A stretch of DNA of 41,028 bases from Candidatus Eiseniibacteriota bacterium (GTDB lineage Bacteria > ARS69). The notes below the pieces were generated by a model. The model was not told where the DNA came from and did not search any database. It was given only the letters and a program-made list of their open reading frames with translations. The translations under genes and the position numbers were made by a program. The stretch is taken from assembly GCA_052390515.1 (NCBI GenBank), contig JBQTGV010000070.1:1-41028 (forward strand), written 5' to 3'. Shown piece by piece: positions 18,097-27,265 of this stretch (within the stretch, counting starts at the first letter, position 1; each line of letters starts with the position of its first letter).

Positions 18097-19379
18097 TTCG
18101 CCACCCGCTTGCCGGCCGCCGTGCCGCGCGCCGTCTCCGGATGGTCCGACTCGTCGCGGCGCCACTGCTGGATGCGCTCGAAGAACAGCTCTGTGAACTG
18201 CTCGATCTCGTGCTCCGGGTACAGCGCTTTCACCTTCTTGCGCACCGCCTCGCGCGCCTCGTCGGTGCCGAAGAACTCCCAGGCCACCTCGTCCAGGTGG
18301 GGCAGGTACCGCTCGCAGAACTCGTGGAACCGGTCGGCCTCGAAACCCGCCCGCGCGATGGCGGCGTACCCGGCGAGCTTCTCGCGGTAGGGCACGTCCC
18401 GCGCGGCGATCTCGAAGAACGGCGGCCAGTCCAGGTTCGGCCGGCGCCGTCGCCGGAGAGCGGCATTGAAGACGGCCCAGCGCAGGTTCGCCTTGATCAG
18501 CCACGGGAAGTGGTAGTGCAGCGAGGTCACCTGCGAATCCGGACAGGGATTGGCGAAGTCGATGGGGTGCCACACGCGGTCCGCTCCGCGCAGCGCTTCG
18601 CAGGAGTTGAAGTCCCATCCGAAGAAGGAATTGATGGTGAGGACGGTGTCCTCCAGGAGCGAGCGGTCGGCCGCGTCCAGGAAATCCCGCTCCATGGTGT
18701 AGCGGTCGTGCAGCGGCGCGGACGGGTCGTAGAGCACGATGCGCACCTGCGGGCCGAGTCCGACCGCACGCACGAAACGGTCGTGCGGCTCGACGGAGCG
18801 CTGCAGGTGCATCACGTGCCGTCCGCTCTGCTCGTACGCGGCTTTGAGACCTTCGGCGTCCTCGATGCGGCTCACCCCGACCCAGCCGCCGCCATCGTAC
18901 GGCTTCATATACAGCGGATAGCCGACCTCGTCGCCCAGCTTCCCGAGATCGAACAGCCGAGCGTAGCGCTCCAGCGTCGGGCGAAGGTCGGGCGAAGGCT
19001 CGTAGTCCTTCGGAGGGATCAGCCAGGTCTCCGGGATGGGCATCCCCAGCCGGATCATCGCGCAGTAGGACGTGTGCTTCTCCATGGACTGGATGGTCCA
19101 CGGATTGTTGAAGACGTACACGTCGTCGAGCACGAGCGACTTCTTGATCCACTCGCGGCTGGGGTGATACCAGTGCGTCAGCCGGTCGATGATCAGGTCG
19201 TAGCGCGGCGGCCGGCGCAGATCGAACGGCTCGATGGTGACGCGTTCGCACTCGAAGCGGATGGTGTCGCCGCCGAGCCGGACGGACAGGTCCAGGCGCT
19301 GGAGGATCTCCTCGAAGCAGATCGGCCAGCAGATGTCCGCCCCGAGAGAGAGGCCGATCCTTCGCGTCACGGTCGCCAT
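18093..19379 (-). CDS. ATP-grasp ligase (RimK/glutathione synthase-like fold)
   Basis: FNNPW...EKH, IPETWLIP, GYPLYMKPYDGGGWVGV, IDFANPCPD. Confidence 0.85.
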   Translation of the reverse strand: MATVTRRIGLSLGADICWPICFEEILQRLDLSVRLGGDTIRFECERVTIEPFDLRRPPRYDLIIDRLTHWYHPSREWIKKSLVLDDVYVFNNPWTIQSMEKHTSYCAMIRLGMPIPETWLIPPKDYEPSPDLRPTLERYARLFDLGKLGDEVGYPLYMKPYDGGGWVGVSRIEDAEGLKAAYEQSGRHVMHLQRSVEPHDRFVRAVGLGPQVRIVLYDPSAPLHDRYTMERDFLDAADRSLLEDTVLTINSFFGWDFNSCEALRGADRVWHPIDFANPCPDSQVTSLHYHFPWLIKANLRWAVFNAALRRRRRPNLDWPPFFEIAARDVPYREKLAGYAAIARAGFEADRFHEFCERYLPHLDEVAWEFFGTDEAREAVRKKVKALYPEHEIEQFTELFFERIQQWRRDESDHPETARGTAAGKRVAK

Positions 19380-19385
19380 GGGCCT

Positions 19386-20552
19386 CTACTCATACACCAT
19401 CCAGAGGGGGCCGGGGAACAGCCAGGAGAGGCCTTCCCGCAGGCGGTCGCGCCAGTTGTCCCAGTGGTGCCCGTCGCGGGCCTCGACGTAGCGGACCTCC
19501 ATGCCGGTGGCCTGCAGCAGCGGCACGAGCGACCGGTTCTCGTAGATGAGCGATTCGTACGTTCCGCAGGAAAGGAAGATCTTCTCCGCGAAGGAGAAGG
19601 GCTCGTCGCGGTAGCGGTTCACGAACTCCGCGACCGGATCGAAGGCCGGGCCGCGCTCGTGCAGGCCGATGTCCGAGAAGGCGAAGGAGCCGGATTGTAA
19701 CAGCAGCCGCCCGAAGAAACCCGGGTACCGCGACGCCGCGGAGAACGCGGCCACGGCTCCGAGGCTCGCGCCGACGAGGCCGCGTCCCGCCGGCGTCTTG
19801 CGCAGCGGAAGCCGAAGCTCCAGCTCCGGCACCAGCTCCTCGGCCAGGAAGCGCGCGTGCGGCTCGTGATCGACGTACTCTTCCAGCCGCTGCCTCGAAT
19901 CGGTGAGCGCCACCACCATTCCGGGGATCTCCAGGCGGTGGACGAGGTTATCCAGAACGGTCTTGAACTCCGCGTACTGGAAGTAGTCGGATCCGTCGTG
20001 CACGACGAGCAGCGGGTAGCGGCGCGTCGGGCGGTAGCGCGCCGGATAGTAGAGCTTGACCGGCCGCTTCTCGCCGAACGCCTTGCTATCGATCTCGATC
20101 TCCTCGATCCGTCCGGCACGCGCTTCCGGATCCGGCTGGGTCCACTCCGGGATCTCGTACCCGCTGGCTTGGCAGATGGAGTTCGCGCCGAACGGATCCC
20201 GCGCGATCAGCGGGTTCAGCGGATCCTCGATCCAGCGGCGCGACGGTCCCTGCACGACCTCCAGCTTGTACTCGACGCGCGAGCCCTTCGGCAGATCCAG
20301 GATCAGGTACCACAGCTCGGTCCCGGGAATGCGCCGGAACGGCTGCGAGGACGCCAGTCCGTAGACCCAGTGCCGCAGGTTCACTTCGTCGGCCATCCCG
20401 CGGTAGACGAACGTGATGCTCGTTCCCTCCGCGAGCGGGAACGAGTGCTTCGCCAGGAAGCCGTCGACGTCGGCGCGCGAAAGCGGCAGGCGCTGCTCGA
20501 GCTCGCGGATGGCGAGGCGTGCGGCGCGCGGGGGCTGCAGCACCTGGCTCAT
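19386..20552 (-). CDS. Fes-like esterase with N-terminal CBM48/E-set-like domain
   Basis: ITFVY...LWYL...RVEYKL...DPLNP N-domain; YPLLVVHDG, GASLG, DGHHWDNW; ATGA coupling. Confidence 0.85.
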   Translation of the reverse strand: MSQVLQPPRAARLAIRELEQRLPLSRADVDGFLAKHSFPLAEGTSITFVYRGMADEVNLRHWVYGLASSQPFRRIPGTELWYLILDLPKGSRVEYKLEVVQGPSRRWIEDPLNPLIARDPFGANSICQASGYEIPEWTQPDPEARAGRIEEIEIDSKAFGEKRPVKLYYPARYRPTRRYPLLVVHDGSDYFQYAEFKTVLDNLVHRLEIPGMVVALTDSRQRLEEYVDHEPHARFLAEELVPELELRLPLRKTPAGRGLVGASLGAVAAFSAASRYPGFFGRLLLQSGSFAFSDIGLHERGPAFDPVAEFVNRYRDEPFSFAEKIFLSCGTYESLIYENRSLVPLLQATGMEVRYVEARDGHHWDNWRDRLREGLSWLFPGPLWMVYE

Positions 20553-21541
20553 CGACGTTCCCCCTCGACCAGGCCCGCCGCGGTCATCCGCTTCGTCTCC
20601 GGGGACGCGGACCATCCCTTCGGGCCCACGCTGAGCCAGGCTCCCTCGTCCATCGCCAGGCACCGAGCCGGGGCGAAGCGCAGCGCGAAGCGCGCCACGC
20701 GGTCCGGATCCCCGAGCCGCAGGCGCTCCCGCGCGTGTGGCAGCGCCACCACCCCACGGACGAGGCCGAGGCCGACCTCGAAGACCTCGGCGTGGCCGGG
20801 CCCCCACGGCGGGTTGTCGTGGTAGACCACGACCCGCTCGCAGACCACCATCGCGCCGCCCGACCAGGCCACGAACGGCAGCTGGCCGGCGGCCTCCGGG
20901 AACCCGAAGAGCCGGAGCCGGTTCAGCAGCACCGCGAGGTGCCCCCCGGCGATGGCCACCGCGGAGCATCTCTTCAAGGCCGCCGCGATCTCCTTGCGGT
21001 GGCGCTTCACTTCCGCTCGCTTCGCCAGCCGGAGCTTCGACTCGAACTCCTCGTGCACGCCGGCCACCCGCGCCAGATGCGCGCGGTCGATCTCTCGCAG
21101 AGCCTCCAGTGCCGACCGCCACTCCTCGTCGGCGAGATCGCTCTGGCTCCGCCGGCGCGACAGCTCCAGGATGGCCGCCATGGCGTGCTCCAGGCGCACG
21201 TTGTAGAGGCGGCGAAGCTCGCGCAGGCGACGCTGCCGGTCATGGTGCACCTTCTCCAGCTCGGGGTCGGCGGCGAAGATCTCTTCGCCGCGCCGGTGCA
21301 GGAGGAGGTTCTCGGTCTGGCCCTGCAGGTGATCGTCGAGCGCGCGGACCTCGTCCTCGCGCTCCTGCCAGCCGGCGGTGATCGTGGCCAGCCGGCCGGT
21401 GATGCCGTGTTGCTGCAGCACGTCGGCGAGAGTCTCGCGCCGGCCCTGCGGCCCCAGCAGGATCACCGTCTGCTTCGGGTTCGCGACGGAGGGTGCATCT
21501 TCCTTCGCCGCGGTTCGCCTCTCCGCGAGCAGGGGGGTCAT
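20549..21541 (-). CDS. Peptidase S51 (cyanophycinase/PepE-like, class I GATase fold)
   Basis: IAGGH...LLNRL, AWSGGAM nucleophile elbow, GLGLV...LPH, AMDEG; ATGA coupling on both sides. Confidence 0.75.
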   Translation of the reverse strand: MTPLLAERRTAAKEDAPSVANPKQTVILLGPQGRRETLADVLQQHGITGRLATITAGWQEREDEVRALDDHLQGQTENLLLHRRGEEIFAADPELEKVHHDRQRRLRELRRLYNVRLEHAMAAILELSRRRSQSDLADEEWRSALEALREIDRAHLARVAGVHEEFESKLRLAKRAEVKRHRKEIAAALKRCSAVAIAGGHLAVLLNRLRLFGFPEAAGQLPFVAWSGGAMVVCERVVVYHDNPPWGPGHAEVFEVGLGLVRGVVALPHARERLRLGDPDRVARFALRFAPARCLAMDEGAWLSVGPKGWSASPETKRMTAAGLVEGERR

Positions 21542-22761
21542 GCCGCGCGCACCTGCACGTTGCGCCCGATGGCGTCCATCATGGCTCGGAGCTCGTCGTA
21601 GTCCGGATGCTTGAGCCGGATCCAGGCGTTCGCCATGTAGCCGGCGTCGACCGGCTGCGTGGGCGTGCCCTGCGACGGCAGGTGCCAGTCGATCACCCAC
21701 CGCCCGTAGCGCTCCTTCATCCAGTCCAGCCCCTCGTATCCGGTGATGCTCCCGTCCCGATCGGGACGCAGGTTGATGATGCCGGCCGAGAACCGCCGTG
21801 AAGGCCGCTCTTCGGTCCGGCCCCAGCACACGGCCATGGCCCACTCCCGGTAGATGTCCATGTCGTTGGCGACGCGGTAGAGATCCCAGCAGCCCACGCC
21901 CGGCGGGCGGCAGCCGATCTCCGAGAAACGCAGCCCCTTCGGTCCGAAGAACCACTCCATGTGCGTCGGTCCGTTCTCGATGCGCAGCGCCTCGATCACC
22001 TTCGCGCCCATCGCCTTGACCTCGTCGTAGTCCGGCACGGCGTCCACCCGGTTCGTGGTCACGAACTGCGGCGAAATCCAGCGCGTCCTCATCGCCTCCA
22101 GCACGTTCGGGAAGTAGTGCGTGGCGAAGTGGTGCACCGAGCGGCCGCCGATCGTGATCGTGTCGAAGAACCCCTCGTGTCCCTCGACGAACTCCTCCAC
22201 GGCGCAGCTGCCGCCCTGGTCGAGGCGGCACGCGGCGATGGCCTGCTCCAGCTCCTCGCCGTCGGTCACCTTGTACGTGCCCGACGCGCCCGCTCCGGCC
22301 CTCGGCTTCAGGATGAGCGGGAAGCCGATGCGGCGGGCGAAGTCCCTCGCCTCTTCGGGCGAAGACGCTCCCGTCGACGCGGCACACGGTACGCCCGCGG
22401 CGCGCAGCGCCTCCTTCATGGCCGGCTTGTCGCGGCACAGGTACGTCGTTTGCAGCGACGTCCCCGGGATGCCGAGCGCCTCGCGGACCTCGGCGGCGGT
22501 GAGCACGTGCGCCTCGACCGTCGCCTCCAGCCGATCGATGCGCGCGCGTTGCTGCAGGCGCCGCACCACGTTCGTCACCGACTCGGTGTCGACCACCGAG
22601 GGCACCTGCTCGTAATGTTCCATCCAGCCGCGCACGTCGTCCGGAAGGTAGCGCGCGTCCCGCTCCCCGATGCCGATCACGGCGGCGCCCGCCGCGTGCA
22701 GCCCGCGCACGAACTCGCGCTGGTTCGCCGGGAAGACCGGCTCCAGGAAGACGACGTTCAT
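21538..22761 (-). CDS. ATP-grasp domain ligase
   Basis: RDKPAMK, GFPLILKPRAGAGAS, EEFVEGHE, THMEWF, EIGCRPPG; ATGA overlap with the glgA stop. Confidence 0.9.
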   Translation of the reverse strand: MNVVFLEPVFPANQREFVRGLHAAGAAVIGIGERDARYLPDDVRGWMEHYEQVPSVVDTESVTNVVRRLQQRARIDRLEATVEAHVLTAAEVREALGIPGTSLQTTYLCRDKPAMKEALRAAGVPCAASTGASSPEEARDFARRIGFPLILKPRAGAGASGTYKVTDGEELEQAIAACRLDQGGSCAVEEFVEGHEGFFDTITIGGRSVHHFATHYFPNVLEAMRTRWISPQFVTTNRVDAVPDYDEVKAMGAKVIEALRIENGPTHMEWFFGPKGLRFSEIGCRPPGVGCWDLYRVANDMDIYREWAMAVCWGRTEERPSRRFSAGIINLRPDRDGSITGYEGLDWMKERYGRWVIDWHLPSQGTPTQPVDAGYMANAWIRLKHPDYDELRAMMDAIGRNVQVRAA

Positions 22762-24239
22762 CCGCCGACTCCCGCGCCCTCGGCGGCGGTGACGCGCGCG
22801 TAGCCCTCTTCGTACTGCAGCACCTGATGGTCCCAGGAGAAGTCGCAGTCCATCGTGTTCCTGCGGAGCACCTTCCACGTCTCCGGGTCGGCGTGCAGCG
22901 CCAGCGCCGTCTGCAACGCCCAGCGCACGCCTTCGGCCGTCGGGTGGTCGAACACCACTCCGCTCCCCTCGCGCGTGTCCGGATCCCACAGGTCGACCGT
23001 GTCGGCCAGTCCGCCGGTCCTGCGCACGATCGGCACCGTCCCGTAGATGCGACTGTACATCTGATTGAGTCCGCACGGCTCGTAGAGCGAGGGCATCAGG
23101 AACATGTCGGAGCCGGCCTCGATGCGGTGCGCGAGCTCGGCGTCGAAGCCGCGCCGGAAGTGCACCTTGCCGGGGAACCGCTCCTGCAGACCGGCGAAGA
23201 ACCGCTCGTGCTTCTCCTCGCCGCTGCCCAGCGCCACCAGGCGAAGGTCGCCTGCCTCGATCACCGCCGGCAGTGATCCGGGAAGCAGGTCCAGCCCCTT
23301 CTGGAATGTGAGCCGCGTGATCATGCCGATCACCGGGACGTCCTTGCGGTAGGGCAAGCCGACTTCCTGGAGGAGCGCGGCCTTGTTCCGTTCCTTGCGC
23401 CAGACGCTCTTCGCCGAGTAGCGGTACGGCAGGAAGGGGTCGGTGCGCGGGTTCCACACCGCGGTGTCGACCCCGTTCAGGATGCCCATCATCGAGTCGG
23501 CCCGCTCGCGAAGGAGCGCGTCGAGCCCCACGCCGAACTCGGGAGTGCGAATCTCCTCGGCGTAGGTGGGGCTGACCGTGGTGATCAGATCCGCCCAGCG
23601 GATCCCGGTCTTGAGGAAGCCGACGCGGCCGGCGCGAAGATCCGCGGCGTCGAGGTGCTTCGCCGCGGGCGAGAGCCCGGCGTCCTCCACGTGGCTCGCG
23701 GCGAAGACACCCTGGTAGCCGAGGTTGTGGATGGTGAGCACCGAACGCGAGCTCCGGAAGAGCTGGTCCCAGGCATAGACGGTCTTCAGGTACAGGGGGA
23801 TCAGCGAAGTCTGCCAGTCGTGGCAGTGGAAGATGTGGGGTCCCCAGCCGAGCCGCTGGCTCGCCTCGAGCGTGGCGCGCTGCAGGAGGATGAAGCGAAG
23901 CGGCTCGTCCGGGTCCGAGGTGTAAATGCTCTCCCGGTCGTAGAGCATGGGGCAGTGAACGAAGTAGACGCGGACCCCCGACTCGATCGGGACGGTCTGG
24001 TAGACCGAGTAGGGGATGACCCTCTCGGCCGTCTTCAGGACGAGGTCCTGGAGCCCCTCGACGGGGTTCAGCTCGAAGGCCTCGAGGTCGATGACCGAGT
24101 ACAGCGGGGTGAAGACCCGAACGTCGTGGCCGGCCCGAAGGAGGGCGGCGGGCAGCGCGGCGGAAACGTCCCCGAGCCCCCCGGTCTTCGCGAACGGAGC
24201 GACCTCGGAGGTCACGTAGGCGATGCGGAGCGGGTTCAC
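22758..24239 (-). CDS. glgA: Glycogen synthase (GT5)
   Basis: SEVAPFAKTGGLGDV, HCHDWQ, TIHNLGYQG, GILNGVD, MPSLYEPCGLNQM, TGGLADTV. Confidence 0.96.
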   Translation of the reverse strand: MNPLRIAYVTSEVAPFAKTGGLGDVSAALPAALLRAGHDVRVFTPLYSVIDLEAFELNPVEGLQDLVLKTAERVIPYSVYQTVPIESGVRVYFVHCPMLYDRESIYTSDPDEPLRFILLQRATLEASQRLGWGPHIFHCHDWQTSLIPLYLKTVYAWDQLFRSSRSVLTIHNLGYQGVFAASHVEDAGLSPAAKHLDAADLRAGRVGFLKTGIRWADLITTVSPTYAEEIRTPEFGVGLDALLRERADSMMGILNGVDTAVWNPRTDPFLPYRYSAKSVWRKERNKAALLQEVGLPYRKDVPVIGMITRLTFQKGLDLLPGSLPAVIEAGDLRLVALGSGEEKHERFFAGLQERFPGKVHFRRGFDAELAHRIEAGSDMFLMPSLYEPCGLNQMYSRIYGTVPIVRRTGGLADTVDLWDPDTREGSGVVFDHPTAEGVRWALQTALALHADPETWKVLRRNTMDCDFSWDHQVLQYEEGYARVTAAEGAGVGG

Positions 24240-24300
24240 GCGCGAAGCATAGCATCGCGGGGCCGGTGCCGTCGCCGCCCCCGATCTCGGAGGAGTAACC

Positions 24301-25323
24301 GTGGGAATCTTCGACTTCATCAAGGGCGAGCTGATCGAGATACTGGAGTGGACGGACGACTCCCGCGACGTCCTCTCCTTCCGCTTCCCCGACGACGACA
24401 AGGCCATCAAGAACGGCGCACAGCTCATCGTGCGGGAGTCCCAGGCAGCGCAGCTGGTCTACGTCGGCCAGTTCGGCGACACCTTCGCACCGGGCCGGCA
24501 CGTCCTCGCCACCGAGAACATCCCGGTGCTCACCCGGCTGCGCGGGTGGAAGTACGGCTTCGCTTCGCCCTTCAAGGTCGACGTGTACTTCCTGAACACG
24601 CGGCTCTTCACCGGCAACAAGTGGGGCACGACCAATCCGATCATGATGCGCGACGACGACTTCGGTGTCGTGCGGGCGCGTGCGTTCGGCACCTACGACT
24701 TCCGCATCACCGACGCGAAGGTCTTCCTCCGCGAAGTCGCCGGATCGGACCACACCTTCCTGATCGACGAGTTCGCGGAGACCATGCGCTCCCGGATCGT
24801 CAGCGTGTTCAGCGAGGCGCTGGCTACTTCGAAGGTCCCGATCCTGGACGTGGCCTCGCGGTACTCCGCGCTGGGGGCCGCGCTGCTGCCGCTCATCAAT
24901 CCGGTCATGAAGGCGAAGTACGGCCTGGAGATCGCCACCTTCGTGGTGGAGAACGTCTCCCTGCCGCAGGAAGTGGAGCAGGCCGTGGACAAGCGCTCCA
25001 GCATGGCGGCCGTCGGCGACCTGAACGAGTACGTGAAGTTCCAGATGGCGCAGGGAATGGAGCGGGGTGCCGGCGCCGGAGCCGTGGCCGCGGAGATGGC
25101 CGTGGGTCTCGCGATGGCGCAGCAGATGGGCGCACGGGCGGGCGGGATCCTGGGGCGGGTCGAGACGGGTGCGCTGCTCGCGCCGGAGGAGGCCGCTCGG
25201 ATCCTCTCCGTCCCCGAGTCGGACGTCCTGCGCATCATCGAGTCGGGAGAGCTTCCCGCGAAACACATCGGAACGAGCCTCCGCATCCGCCGCGCGGACC
25301 TGGACGCCTGGCTCGCGAAGTGA
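24301..25323 (+). CDS. SPFH-domain (YdjI-like) protein with C-terminal excisionase-type HTH
   Basis: IKNGAQLIVRESQ, KWGT.NPI, RAFGTY, VENVSLP; C-terminal LLAPEEAARILSV...GELPA...LRIRRADLDAWL (HTH_17-like); GGAGG RBS. Confidence 0.85.
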   Translation: MGIFDFIKGELIEILEWTDDSRDVLSFRFPDDDKAIKNGAQLIVRESQAAQLVYVGQFGDTFAPGRHVLATENIPVLTRLRGWKYGFASPFKVDVYFLNTRLFTGNKWGTTNPIMMRDDDFGVVRARAFGTYDFRITDAKVFLREVAGSDHTFLIDEFAETMRSRIVSVFSEALATSKVPILDVASRYSALGAALLPLINPVMKAKYGLEIATFVVENVSLPQEVEQAVDKRSSMAAVGDLNEYVKFQMAQGMERGAGAGAVAAEMAVGLAMAQQMGARAGGILGRVETGALLAPEEAARILSVPESDVLRIIESGELPAKHIGTSLRIRRADLDAWLAK

Positions 25324-25515
25324 GCGGCGCGCCGAGCTGAGCTGACGGGCGACCCGCGCGTCAAGTCGCGGCGTCGAGTTCGTCGCCCGCGCGCGTCGCT
25401 CCCACGGCGGGAGTCGTGCCGACGGCCTCCTCGAGCCCGCAGAGGCCGGCCCTCGAGGCACACGTTTTGCTGCGTTCGCCCACACTCCCTCCCGAAACAC
25501 GGAACGGAGGTGGCC

Positions 25516-25761
25516 ATGAACAGCGGATGGAAGCGAAGCGTCGTCGCGTTCGCGTTCCTCTTCTCCTTCCTCGCCCTGCACGCATCCGATCGCATGGAGT
25601 GGATCGACGTGCCGCTCCCCGAGCTGACCGAGGTGCTGGGAGGCCAGTCGCCCTGGACCTGTCCCGTGCTGGGCGCGCTCCTCGGCGTCGAGCTGCTCTT
25701 CGGACAGATCTGGGCGGCGGTCGGCACGACGGTCGCCGCCGGACTGGCGGGCTGCATCTGA
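25516..25761 (+). CDS. Small secreted hydrophobic peptide, bacteriocin-precursor-like (peptide A)
   Basis: GGAGG RBS, signal-like N-terminus, ELTEVLGG double-Gly motif, hydrophobic Gly-rich core with two Cys. Confidence 0.6.
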   Translation: MNSGWKRSVVAFAFLFSFLALHASDRMEWIDVPLPELTEVLGGQSPWTCPVLGALLGVELLFGQIWAAVGTTVAAGLAGCI

Positions 25762-25776
25762 GAGGGGAGGAATCAC

Positions 25777-25998
25777 ATGCCGGGAAGATTCATCATCGCG
25801 TTGCTGGCCGTCGTCGTGGTGCTGGGAAGCGCGGCACCCGGCGTCGGTGGGGCGGACCCCGCGCCGGTCGGAGGAAGGAAGCACGTCTACTGCGTGCTGA
25901 GCTCCGTGCTCGTGGTCGTCGTAATGGTCACGTTCCATCCCGAGGCGGTGCTCATCGGCAACCTGGTCGGCGGGCTCGCCTGCCCGTTCGGGTGGTAG
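25777..25998 (+). CDS. Small secreted hydrophobic peptide, bacteriocin-precursor-like (peptide B)
   Basis: GGAGG RBS, signal-like N-terminus, PVGG, hydrophobic core with two Cys. Confidence 0.6.
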   Translation: MPGRFIIALLAVVVVLGSAAPGVGGADPAPVGGRKHVYCVLSSVLVVVVMVTFHPEAVLIGNLVGGLACPFGW

Positions 25999-26038
25999 CA
26001 GCGCAGCAGGCTGCGCGCGGCGGCTCCCCGCCGCGCCG

Positions 26039-27256
26039 TCACCCGACCAGGATCCGCACTCCTGCAGCCACGCTGTCGGCCATCTCCAGGGTGGTCCCGA
26101 GATCGGGGTGGCGGACCATGATGCAGCCGTCGCCCACGACGCTCTGTCCGGACCCACGCGCGGTCGATCCCACCTGCGCGATCTCCACCGCGCAGATGTG
26201 GTGACCGAACTCGCCCAGCACGTGGTCCAGTCCCTCGATGCGACGGATCGTGCCGGGACCTTGCGCCCGAAGGAAGACGCCGGCGCAGTGATAACGCCGC
26301 TCGACCGGCTGCGAGAATCGGCCCCAGCACACCGCCTCCGCCCACCCGCGGTACAGATCGATGTCGCCGGAGAAGTTCATCAGATCCACGGTGCGCACGC
26401 CCGCCGGCCTCGCCGCGATCTCACCGAAGACGGCCTCCCCGTCGGGCTTCCGGTACCACTCCATGTGGGTGAACCCGGTCCCGACGGGAAGGGCGCGATG
26501 CACCGCGAATCCCATCGCACGGCCCTGGCGGCACCACTCGCTGTCCACGTCCCGCCGGCAGACGGTCTGCTGGCTCACCCAGGGATGCTCGCGGCCGACC
26601 AGCGCGCGGGGCCGGTAGTAGGCGATGTTGAAGTACGCGACCTCGCCGCCGACGCACACGGTGTCGAACGTGCAGTCCTCGCCTTCGATGAACTCCTCGA
26701 CGCTCACTTCCTGGACGTGGCCGAGACGCGGCAGCACGTCGGCGAGCTGTCGCTCGTCGTCCACGCGGTAAGTGTCCCGCGAGCCCGCGCCGGCGATCGG
26801 CTTCACGATCAGGGGAAACCCGATTCGGTCCGCCGCATCGCGGCACTGCTGCACGGTGAAGGCGTTGGCGTGCTTCGGCGTGCGGATCCCGGCCTCGTCG
26901 AGCCGCTGCTTCATCACTTCCTTGTCGCGGAACGGGACCGTCTCCTCGATGGTCATGCCCGGCAGCCCGAACATCTCGCGCATGCGCGCCGCGGGGATCA
27001 TGAGCGGCTCCCACAGGCACTCGACGCGGTCGATCCTCGCCTTCTCCCCGATGGCGCGCACCTCGTCGAGCAGTGCGCTCTCGTCGGCGAAGGAGCGCAC
27101 CTGCACGTAGGCGGACAGGTGGCGCCTGGCCTCCTCGGGAAGCGCGCCCTGGGGCTGATCCCCCACGCCGATCACCGACGCGCCCACCTGCGCGAGCCCG
27201 CGAGTGAAGTAGGCCATTTCGGCCGGGAACCCCGGCGACAGCATGAGTACGTTCAC
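26039..27256 (-). CDS. ATP-grasp domain ligase
   Basis: RDKEVMK, GFPLIVKPIAGAGS, EEFIEG, THMEWY, EIAARPAG; GGAGG RBS. Confidence 0.9.
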   Translation of the reverse strand: MNVLMLSPGFPAEMAYFTRGLAQVGASVIGVGDQPQGALPEEARRHLSAYVQVRSFADESALLDEVRAIGEKARIDRVECLWEPLMIPAARMREMFGLPGMTIEETVPFRDKEVMKQRLDEAGIRTPKHANAFTVQQCRDAADRIGFPLIVKPIAGAGSRDTYRVDDERQLADVLPRLGHVQEVSVEEFIEGEDCTFDTVCVGGEVAYFNIAYYRPRALVGREHPWVSQQTVCRRDVDSEWCRQGRAMGFAVHRALPVGTGFTHMEWYRKPDGEAVFGEIAARPAGVRTVDLMNFSGDIDLYRGWAEAVCWGRFSQPVERRYHCAGVFLRAQGPGTIRRIEGLDHVLGEFGHHICAVEIAQVGSTARGSGQSVVGDGCIMVRHPDLGTTLEMADSVAAGVRILVG

Positions 27257-27265
27257 GAGTCCTCC

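Noticed and set aside
18093-22761. Canonical cyanophycin (cphA/cphB) or carbamoyl-phosphate synthase genes
   Set aside because: The ligases are stand-alone ~400-aa ATP-grasp proteins without a Mur-ligase domain or the duplicated CarB architecture.
25160-25323. Excisionase indicating a prophage or ICE
   Set aside because: The HTH is fused in frame to SPFH, and there is no integrase or att site nearby.
21538-26157. 1539-aa ORF as a giant fusion protein
   Set aside because: Only the last ~407 codons are protein-like. The rest is a stop-free alternative frame over glgA and antisense to the SPFH gene, as expected at high GC.
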